Shown one piece after another: positions 53,843 to 64,000 of a DNA stretch of 64,000 nt (position 1 is the first letter of the stretch; every line of letters begins with the position of its first letter). Origin of the DNA: Callorhinchus milii (taxonomy: Eukaryota). The position numbers and the translations under genes are program-made. Under the pieces are notes generated by a model. It worked only from the letters and a program-made list of their open reading frames with translations. It had not been told where the DNA came from and made no database searches. The stretch spans positions 106,952,001 to 107,016,000 of the forward strand of contig NW_024704743.1 of NCBI RefSeq assembly GCF_018977255.1, written 5' to 3'.

Positions 53843-55776
53843 TTTGAGTATTATTACCGGTTAATCATTGAATGTTTCAAGTCAATGTGATAGTCACAAG
53901 CCTGATTCCTCATATTGATTGAAACTTCTGGTTTGCAAAATAAGCAGCTGGCCATTTTGTTCGCTGACCCTTTTTTTGGACTTTACTGATTGGAATTCAC
54001 AGACTGTAAATGTTGCTGCAAATACAACAACTTTATTTATATAGCACTCCTCATGCAGGGTAGGGACCCAGAGCGCTTTATCACACATTAAATGTCACAC
54101 ATTAAATGGGGACGTCCTCCCGACATGAAAGCCGCTATATAAATGTAATTTTGTATTCTAAATATTCCCTCCCTTATGAAGCATCTCCTGCACCTCTGGA
54201 TAATTCATGGTTGATATTAAAACAATCTCTTTTAAGAATATCTCTTAATTTGATCTTTTAGTTTAAACCGTAAGTTAAACTCTTTAGGGTAAGGCAGAGA
54301 AGCTGAGCAAATAGTTTAAAGGTTGCATTGTTTTCTATACTGCTGCTGAGGGGTGGGGAAGGAATGTTATTTGTGAAGGAAGGTCAGATATGAAGAACGG
54401 AGACTCGGAGATGGAAGACCTTTCTACAGTTTTTGTTTGATTACTACTCGGGTTTTTTTTTACCCCAGATGGTAGAGCGATATGATAAGGCTAGGTTTCA
54501 GGCGATCTGTCTGAGGATCGGGGTTGATGGGCTGAATGGCAATTCTCATTCCATGTAATTCCCATTTTCCTATAAACAGTCGTGTGATAGAATCATAGAA
54601 ATGATTGCATTCAACCTGCCTCATACTGAAATAGACCTTGACAACAATGTTTTAAGTATTCCCCTTCCCCTTCGCCCTCCCCCCTCCTCGGCACTTTGTG
54701 AATGCCCTGAGACATTATCCTACATGAAGGGCATGATATAGTTCCAAGATGCTATTGTATTCTCACCAATTGAAAAGGAACAAAAATGTTAAACAGGTCC
54801 TCTTAACAAGAGAAAAGTTGCTTCGAAAAGTGTCTTTCAATACTAGACATTGTCCCATAATAATTAGTTTCCTTCCTTGTAAAAGAGTTCACACGAATGA
54901 CTTAAGGCCTTGAAGCGTAGGTGTGTCTCTTTTTTTGCAGTGAAGGTTCGATAACAATGATGTAACCGGAACCCATACTATTGTGTCCTGAATTACACAA
55001 TAGATCTCTTAACTCTGGGAGAAAATAATTCTGCTGTCAGAATTTTTTACTGCAGATGAGCTAATGCAGGCTCATATCATTTATGCCACTTCTTCCAATG
55101 AATCATCTTATCTTCCACTCATCTGCAGTATTGAAAAGGCCAGAACTCAAATATGGCAAATAGAACATTTCCGGAAAAAAAACCTTTCAGTTAAAACCTC
55201 CTTGGCTTTGAGTTCGATGTTGAAGATTCAAATTATTAACCTCAACAAAAGTTCACAATGAGAAAATTAATTCAGATGCTGACTTATCTTTAGATGGACT
55301 TTCAGCACTGATTCACTGTAAAACCAGAACAAATATAAAATAATTCACTACTCCAAATACAGATATATATTTTTGTGGCAGATTGATTTTTGGGGCTATC
55401 TGTATTCCAGGTTATATTCAGGCTATATGCAAAGGTATTAAAAAAAACATGTGAGTTTCCTTTGTTTGATAATCTTATATTTACTAAAAGTAATAGGCTT
55501 GCCATAGATTTGTGAAATAACGACAGATGGTCAGGAGACACATGCTTCACGGCTGTTTGTGGGAGTGTTCAATGTGCAAATTGGCTGTGTGTTTGCCTTC
55601 AAGATATACAGTCTTTACAATAAATCCTGTGAAGCACTTTGAAACACTCTCTTGATGTGAAAGGCGCAATATCAAATGCAAGTATTATTATTATTATTGG
55701 TGTTCTGAATGTAGGATGGTTCATGAATATATCAGAACTGCAGGCAATACTCGGAAATGCTCTCCATGGTGTTTAA

Positions 55777-56144
55777 CAATAATAATCCTTGCATTTGATA
55801 TAGCGCCTTATCACGTCTTCGAGACATCTCAAAGCGCTTCACAGAATATACTGTAAAGTGAATTGACTATATTTTATGGGCGGAACGCAGCAGCCAATTG
55901 TGCACAGCAGTATCCCACAAACAGTCATGTATTGAAGTAATCAATTTATTATTTTTTTTGAAGGAATTATTATCCCTGGAAAAGCGATCTGCCAATCGAT
56001 TAACAACCAGGTTTCTACTTACTGCTCGGTAAACAGAGGCATGTGGAGTAAGGAAACTTGCCCAACATTTCGCCCTGCCAGAAATTGAACCCAGGTCTCT
56101 TGCTTGTGAGGCGAGTTCTCTAACCACTGAGCTACAGGACTCCA
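55777..56144 (-). mobile_element. tRNA-derived SINE (long subfamily), full length, antisense
   Basis: Reverse complement of the head (...CCACTGAGCTACAGGACTCCA) and of the tail. Confidence 0.92.
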
Positions 56145-56627
56145 CCTTATGAAATGCTGTTGAGTGATAGCCCAATGCTTGCTAATCCTTGATAATACCA
56201 ACATTTTGGCGATTATTAAATAATTTATAATTACACCTTTGGTCACCATTGCATATTTTCATATTCCATAACCATTTTTTGTATTACTTGTTGTATCTAT
56301 AATAAAGTTAATCATTGCTTTGCCTGTCTGCATAATTAGTTTAGCTTCCCTTTGAACATTATTTAGCATAAACAGCACTTAGTGCAGAACCACACAGCTA
56401 GATGTCAAAACTAACTATGAATATTATAATAAAAGGAATCTTTGTGCGTGATATAGCACTTTATCACGTAAACTAAACATCTTAAAGTTCTTTACAGGGT
56501 TTTTTTATTGTAAAGTATAGTGACTGTGTTTGTAGGTGAACAGACAACACCCCTACTGGTACAAAACAAGATTTATTTATTATTTTGCAAAATAAGATTG
56601 GAACAATTGTTTCATTCTTTTTTGAAA

Positions 56628-57075
56628 AATAATTCATGCTTTTGATATAGCGCCCTTTCTGTCAGGAGAACGTCTCAAAGCACTTCACAGGATATACCGT
56701 AAAGTGTGGTAACTATGTAATTTATAGGTGAATGCAGCAGTAAATTTGTGCACAGTAATTTACCACAAACAGTCATGAAGCGAATGAGCAATTTTATTTG
56801 GGGCATTGTTGGTCAGGATATTGCAGAAACTCCCTTCTCTTTTTGCATGGTGTCATGGGTTAGTCATTGAGTTATCACATTAATGTCCACTTTAACAGTC
56901 AGATGGAACCTCATTTTAACATCTCAACTGAAGGATGGCAACTCCAACAATGCAGCTCTCCCTCAGACATGCACTGGAGTGTCAGCTTAGACTGTGAGTT
57001 CAAAGTCCAGATTTGGGGCTTGAACCCATAACTTTCTGATTTAAAGGTGAGAATCCTACCAATTGAACCAGCCTA
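56628..57075 (-). mobile_element. SacSINE1-like DeuSINE, near full length
   Basis: Reverse head GGGCTTGAACCCATAACTTTCTGA, body and tail. Confidence 0.78.
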
Positions 57076-57714
57076 ACACAATTCGATTACTTTGTACATT
57101 AAAAGGGGGGTGAGAGGGGAATCATTATTTAAAGCTACAAGGAAATTTTGATTTTCAAAGGTACAGGAAACCAACTGAGCCGAGATCTAACAACATGTGA
57201 AAGGTACAGAAGAAACCCAAGGGGAAAGCGAGTTCACAATGTTGCAATTTCATTTACTTTAAACTACATTTGGAAATGTTTCTTCTCTGAAGAAACATCC
57301 AACATCTGTTGTGAATTGAGCTCATTAAGGTTGCTCTCTCTTCGGAAGCAGTTCCTTAACAGTGGTTCATTTGTTCAATTCATTTGAGCTGTAGCAAATG
57401 TAATAAGCTGCTGACTTGGAACCTCTGGTCATCCAACTTTACCTCATTATTAGTCGAATCTGAAAGCCCGCTGGCAACGATTGGTCTTCAGGGTACTAGG
57501 GTGCACTGCACGCTGGGAAGAAGAGATTGGGGATGTGTCGTTCATGGAAAATCATGGCTAAATTGGCATTATTACAACAGACATGCTCGTTCAATTGAAA
57601 CAATGCAGGTACTCACTCCCCAGTAATTTGAGCTGCTAACTTTTCCAATTTTGGTTAGAAATTGGCAAGGGTGAGTTAAAATTGGCTGCTGCCTGCTTGC
57701 TTTTACCAAACAAT

Positions 57715-58065
57715 TATACAGCACAGAAGGAGGCCATGCAGCCCATCATGTTGTGCCTGGTCTTTGAAAAGAGCTATCCAAATCAATCCCACTCCCCCGC
57801 GCTCTCCCCATAGGCCTGCAAACTTGTCCTGCCAAAATAATTATCTACTTCTCTCTTAAAAGTTAACGAATTGGCTTCCACCATCCTTTCAGGCAATGCA
57901 TTCTGAAAAACTCACTGTGTGAAAAAAACATTCTCATCTTCCCTTTGTTTCTTTTAACAACTATTTTAAATCGGTGTCCTCGGGTTACCGATCCATCTGC
58001 CAGTGGAAATAGTTTCTCCTTGTTCACTCTATCAAATCCCCTCATAATTTTGAAAGCTTCTATTT
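57715..58065 (-). mobile_element. CR1 LINE 3' end
   Basis: IEAFKIMRGFDRVNKEKLFPLADGSVTRGHRFK in ORF 57863-58129. Confidence 0.88.
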
Positions 58066-59802
58066 TGTCCCTGATGCAGATGTAATGTGCTCTTCTTAAT
58101 GGCTCTTTTGTAACTTCCAAAGATAACATTTTATTTCTTTACATTGGTGTTGCTGAAGTGAAAAATTTCACTGAATAACTCAGCTCTCTCACTCATGGAG
58201 TTTCTGTAATCAGATTTGTAAACCAACATGTCTGAGAGGATCAGATTCCCTTGTGAAGAGTGAAACAATCAGGAACTGTGCTGTGAAGTTTCAATTACAC
58301 ACCCAAAAGCTAGAAGAAGTCAGCAGACTTATCAACAGTGTATAAGGAAGTGTGTGTTATTTTAAAATAACGACTGATCTAAACTGTCCCTAAAATCCAG
58401 TATTTGTCTGCGGTAAAATACACCCTTTTTAAGTGCCTTTATCGCTGTCACTCATGACATAAACTTGGCTCGGTAACAAAAGGTTGTACATTCCAATAAG
58501 AAAGATAATGCTTAAAACTATTAATTCTCTTATCTGCCAGTGTTATATGATACACTGTAAATTACTGAACAATAAACTTTTTGATTTTACTTAGAGAATT
58601 CACACATTGTATATTGGAAAAAAATGAAAAAATGTTCACGCAGTAAAAGTGTATTTTCTGTTTAAGATTGAAAAGAAAATTACTTGCAGATAAAGGATAA
58701 AAATCAATTGAAAAGAAAGAGGATGTGAAACCAGAAAATAGGGAGGGGAATCGATTCCCTTTAAAATCATTAAAATATAAAATCAGCTTTGTGATAAATT
58801 AAGTTGTTAATTATATACCAGACAAAGGGGAATCCAAAAGTAAGAAAGAATCAATTGGATCAAATGTGGTGCTGGCCAGATTGTTCATTCAGTCTGGTTC
58901 AATTAACTTCCCTTCTTTTCAATCATTTTTAATAAGGCAAAAGAGTTCTCAAACATATCTTGTTTAATTCTAAGCAAATGTATTCTATTCCCATTATATA
59001 TCTTCTTGTGTCAAGCAGATCAGGGATTCTTCCCACTCAACTGTTAATCCTGCAAAAGACAGGAACAAGAGGACACAGCTTTAGAGTTACAAAGGGAAAT
59101 TTCAGGACAGATACCAGGAAGTATTTCTTTTCACGGAGGGCAATCGACGACCGATATCTCACCTGCTTCTTCTTTACATGCCACTGCATTATTCGGCAAG
59201 AGGTGGGATAATCTCCCTGTTTATCCTCCAATAAATTGGTTATTCAGCTCAGAGGTTTCCATGTGGAGTCTAAGATATTAAATACGCACAGAAGTTACAG
59301 TGCAAGCCCCAAAAGCAATACAGCTGGCTCAAAACCAACCTTTTTTTAAAAACATACTAATACACAAAAGGCAGTTTCCCCCCAAAATTGTAATGTTTTG
59401 GCCACCCGCATAATTGGTGATCTAGAGAGTTTTCTTCATACAGTATTTGGTAATTGACACAAAGAAGATTGTGCTATAACAAGTTTAAACAATATTCTAT
59501 TAAGCTTTTAGAGTATTATTTATCTTCTACACATCAAATTCAGTTGATGAATGGGCAATCCCTGATTTTATTCAGCTGCATTTTAACATGACTTACCCCT
59601 TCTTAAAGCAATGACAGATTAATGGCTTTACAGTTCACTGCAAGAAATAATTCTCCAATAGAGTCTAACATTTAAATATTTGCGATAATATATAGTAAAT
59701 CATTCTAAACTTAGATATCCGAGACACTATTCTACATGAAGGGAGCTGATATAAATGCAAGTTATTGTTGTTGATATATTTGAAAATCAGATCAATATAT
59801 TA

Positions 59803-60160
59803 AATAATAATACTTGCATTTGATATAGTGCGTTATTGTGTTATCAAGATATCCCAAAGGATATACTGTAAAGTGATGTGACTGTATGAATTTTATGGGT
59901 GAACACGCTAGACAATTTGCACACAGTAATGTCCCACAAACAGCCATGGAGTGAGTGACCAATTTTATTTGGGGGATTGTTGGCCAGGACACTAGGATAA
60001 ACTCCCTTTCCTTTTCAAATAGTGTCATGGGATCTTTAACGTCTATCTGGACAGGCAGATGGGACCTCAGTTTAATAGGTGAAGACCAGGATCTTGAACT
60101 GAATCCTCTGAAGGATAGGGAGCCAGTTCAGAGGTGAGAGTGCAACCAAATGAGCCAGAC
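59803..60160 (-). mobile_element. SacSINE1-like DeuSINE with part of its body replaced by an L2 fragment
   Basis: Tail, Deu block and head are present. 60077-60127 matches L2 sequence at ~4900-4950. Confidence 0.75.
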
Positions 60161-60526
60161 TGACACCCATTATACATTTTACAAGCTTGCTCAAATGTCC
60201 TCGCTCTCTGCATAGCCAATAAGTCAATATTGCATTGACTTATAGAGGACACTTTGGGTCAACACTGAAATGATAAGATATTGAAGAATCAGCATTACTT
60301 ACAAGCTGAGTAAGAGCTGAAATTTGAACCAGAATATTTAAACAATTTCTTGTTACATTCCAAATCAATAAATGATAAAAAGTAACTTTAACATTTAATA
60401 TATTCTACAGACAATATTCTAGTTCAAATGAGGTTCAAAATAATTTCTGAAACATTCAAGACTCAGAAGTCATCAATAGCACCTTCACATATATTCATGT
60501 CCCTTGCTCCTCACCTTGCTTAGATT

Positions 60527-60870
60527 TGTGGAGACCTGAAGCTCAGTGCTTAGAGCACTCACCTCACAAGTGAGAGACCTGCGTTCGATTCCTGGCAGGG
60601 CGAAACGGGTAAGTTTCCTTACTCCACTCGCCTCTGTTTATTTAATAGTAAGTAGGTATCCGGTTGTTAGTTGATTGGCGGATCACTTTTCTGGCAGTAA
60701 TAATTCCTTCAAAAAAAATTGGACACTCAATCCATGACTGCTTGTAGGACACTGTTGTGCGCAATTGGCTGCCGCATTCACTTTACAGTATATTCTGTGA
60801 AGCGCTTTGAAACATCTCAAAGATGCGATAAGGCGCAATATCAAATGCAAGGATTATTATTATTATTATT
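60527..60870 (+). mobile_element. tRNA-derived SINE (long subfamily)
   Basis: Head, long body and tail. Confidence 0.9.
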
Positions 60871-61101
60871 TGCACCCCACCCCTGTAAACCCCTTTGAAG
60901 CATTAGCATTAAGGAAAGGTACCATATAAATGAATGTTTATTATGTTGTTCTTATATTTAAAAATGTGACTTATTACATGCTAAGCACTGCTATATTACT
61001 CTAAATTCATCTGATTAAGATCATAAAGAATTGCCACCTCTTGCACAGGTAGGGAAAACTGCACCTGGATCCAGATTTACTCAATGTTGCATTTCAAGCA
61101 G

Positions 61102-61310
61102 CCAGATTTGGCAAATTGTTGGATTCAACCTTATCTTTCAAGCTGGGTTTCCGTAGTTCTTTAAAGAGCTTATACCAAGGTCGCATCTGCCTGTTCTTCT
61201 TATGCCACTGGATTAGTCAAAAAGAGAAACAGTTTATGTAGCTCTTAAAAGCGCCACAGAAAACCAGCTTCAAAATTAAGACTGTATTGAAAAAAAATGC
61301 CAAATTCTGG
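61102..61310. repeat. Decayed inverted repeat (MITE-like)
   Basis: 61102-61170 is an imperfect reverse complement of 61240-61310. Confidence 0.6.
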
Positions 61311-62159
61311 ATGCTCCAAAATATTACATAAATAGAGTTAATCTAAACCCATGTCAATTTTTTCTCCCTGTGTTTCAGGAATCACACTCCACTGTTACTG
61401 AAGTAATGATTGATCATACTTTATCCCTAACTTTGACCGTAAACCGTGATCACTTTTTACTTCCTACAATTACATTCCTCATCCAACTATCTGGACTCTT
61501 TTGTAAGATCCATTCTTAATCCTCTTGGTTCATAGTTTTTGTGATCTTGCATATTTGTTCCTGGCTTTTCTTCATTTACCAGTTAACAAATATCTGTTTG
61601 TTTGCTGGAAGGACAGCATCCAATATTGCAGATTTATCCCAGCACTGTTTTGGATTCTAAGCCCAGTGTATGTTAAATTAGTTCATAGTCCTTGTTTCAA
61701 CCATGTTCCTGGTAACCCATTGCATTTATTAATTTCGCTTTGGGTATGCAAAGCAATCGAGTTAAGAAAGGACCCATGGAGAGAAAGATTATTTCAACTT
61801 AAGCAAATTTAACCAAAGCCAATAAAACGGCAACTATAATAGGACAGTTTACAATTCAATCACACAGCCAGGCTTGCAAACCTAATTGAGGTGTAATTGA
61901 ACCCAAAATGCATTTAGATAATGATAGTTGTTTAGATAAATTACATTTTAAAAAGATGACCGTTTATCAGCTTGTCAGTGAACAGAGGGAGAAAACTGTG
62001 CAGAACCACAACAGATCCACTCACCATTAACTCCTCAAATAATATCTCAAATTCCCGAAATGCAGCAAGAAGCTTCAAAAAGACTCACTCAGTAGAGAGG
62101 TAGATTCTACGCTGTGCTTTGGCTCAGTTGGTAGTATGTTCTGCCTCTGCATCATAAAG

Positions 62160-62480
62160 TGGAGTCCTGTAGCTCAGTGGTTAGAGCACTCGCTTTGCAA
62201 GTGAGAGACCTGAGTTCAATTCCAGGCAGGGCGAAACCTTGGGCAAGTTTCCTTACTCCACACGCCTAATAATAATCCCTCCAAAAACCAAAACCAATAA
62301 TAAATTGGTCATTTTCAATCTAAGACTGTTTGTGGGACATTGCTGTGCGCAATGGCTGCCGCGTTCGCCCACAAATATACAGTCAATTCACTTTACAGTG
62401 TGTTCTGTGAAGCGCTTTGGGACATCCTCCCGACGTGAAAAGCGCTATATCAAATGCAAGGATTATTATTATTATTATTA
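62160..62480 (+). mobile_element. tRNA-derived SINE (short subfamily), TSD TAAAGT, inserted in the head of a SacSINE1-like element (62118-62690)
   Basis: TAAAGT at 62155-62160 and 62479-62484. The host head and body are continuous once the insert is removed. Confidence 0.93.
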
Positions 62481-62879
62481 AAGTTATGGGTTTGATACTC
62501 CAGTACAATACTGGGGGAGCACTGCAAGGTTAGGAATGCCAATTTTGAGATGAGACATTATTGCAGGTTTCAGTCTGCTTGTTCAGATGGAAGTTTAACA
62601 CTCCATGACACTATTCAAAAACAGAAGGGAGTTGCTTGCTGTATCCTGGCCACAATCTTCTAGATGAATAGTTCATTCACCTTGTAGCTATTTGTGAGGC
62701 ATTGCTTCTGCAAATAGTAGATGCAAATAGTAGGCATAAATGACTGGTGCTATGGCAAAAAGTAAATGCACTTAGTGTGAAACACTTTTGACATGTATAT
62801 AAATACAAGTTATTTTGTATATAATTGAATGTTTTATTAATTTTAAAGATATTTGTTTGGATGATCAGTCTCATACTTT

Positions 62880-63201
62880 TGGAGTCCTGCAGCTCAGTGG
62901 TTAGAGCACTCGCTTTGCAAGTGAGAGACCTGAGTTCAATTCCAGGCAGGGCGAAACCTTGGGCAAGTTTCCTTACTCCACACGGCCTAATAATAATCCC
63001 TCCAAAACAAAAACAATAATAAATTGGTCATTTTCAATCCCTGACTGTTTGTGGGACATTGCTGTGCGCAATTGGCTGCCGCGTTCGCCCACAAATATAC
63101 AGTCAATTCACTTTACAGTCTATTCTGTGAAGCGCTTTGGGACGTCCTCCCGACGTGAAAAGCGCTATATCAAATGCAAGGATTATTATTATTATTATTA
63201 T
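62880..63201 (+). mobile_element. tRNA-derived SINE (short subfamily)
   Basis: Near-identical to the 62160-62480 copy. Confidence 0.95.
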
Positions 63202-64000
63202 ATAATGTAAAACTATGAAGCAGATTTTTTAGTACAGGCCTTGAATGTGGGGAAGGGGAGGCAGTTGGTGCTCTGGGATGGAGCCTCCGAGAGCAGATGC
63301 AGAATTGAACAAATATGGCTCAAAGTAGAGAGAGTTGCAACGTGAATGGTACTGCGCTTATTTAATCTCCTGAGGGAGGTGATGGATCCCAGGTAAAAAT
63401 ACCAAGCGGACCTGTGAAATTACAATTTGCATCTAGTCCATGACAATTGCTAAAATAAAGGAATAATGAGAATATTCAAAAATAAATACACAAATAAACA
63501 AATAATCATTTGGTCACCCCATCCATGACAGTTTGTGGGACTCTACTGTGCGCAATTTGCTGCCACGTTTCTCCCACAAAATATAGTCAAGTGACTTTGC
63601 ACTATTCTGTAAAGCACTTTGAGGCTTCTCAACTATGTGATAAGGCACTATATTAAATGCAAGGATTATTATTATTATCTCTCTGTCTCTGTTGAGAGCA
63701 ATCCACCTCGGTCACTGTCTGAATGTGAATGTATTAGAATGTGAAATACCTTACACTTTTTGCCTCAATTATGTATCCAAATCCATTACATAATTTAAGA
63801 GGGTACTGGATAAATAATTGAGACGAAAATATTATAAGGGGGAAACATATGGGAATGGGTTTAGAGTACAGAGCTCCAGTGGTGGATCTTAATACCAGTA
63901 CAGACACAATGAGGCAATCTGCTGTATACTTTCTAAGATTCTATAATGAAACTGAGTTTCAAGCTTTCAAAGACATGGGGGACTGTGGTTGACTCTTTTA

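Noticed and set aside
55545..56144. Tail-to-tail SINEs forming a large hairpin
   Set aside because: The two copies are diverged and from independent insertions, which is commonplace at this repeat density.
32000..64000. Exons of a neighbouring gene downstream of FAM110B
   Set aside because: No ORF with recognisable host-protein features. Short exons cannot be excluded without transcript data.

Overview
Vertebrate genomic DNA, most likely from a cartilaginous fish and probably a holocephalan (chimaera/elephant-shark type). This assignment is inferred from the repeat families, not from a database search. The only protein-coding gene I can support is FAM110B: a single coding exon on the + strand, 28390-29502, 370 aa. 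It has a likely splice acceptor at 28089/28090, three uORFs in the 5' UTR part of that exon, and a 3' UTR interrupted by an internally deleted L2 LINE that probably ends after AATAAA at 31630. The rest is intronic or intergenic and dense in decayed transposons: a tRNA(Ala)-headed CORE-like/Deu SINE in long and short subfamilies, an older SacSINE1-like DeuSINE, many L2 and CR1 fragments, a Penelope-like GIY-YIG fragment, an R4/Dong-type RLE fragment and several MITE-like palindromes. The other longer ORFs in the track come from these repeats or are antisense shadows of the CDS. I found no convincing new multi-gene system. The most interesting observations are a chimeric insertion (local duplication plus SINE tail) inside a CR1, SINE subfamily tail replacement that tracks the L2 partner, an overlapping uORF on FAM110B, a strong CTCF motif in a transposon-like palindrome, and two candidate promoter/enhancer motif clusters. 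Repeat boundaries were read by eye and are approximate.
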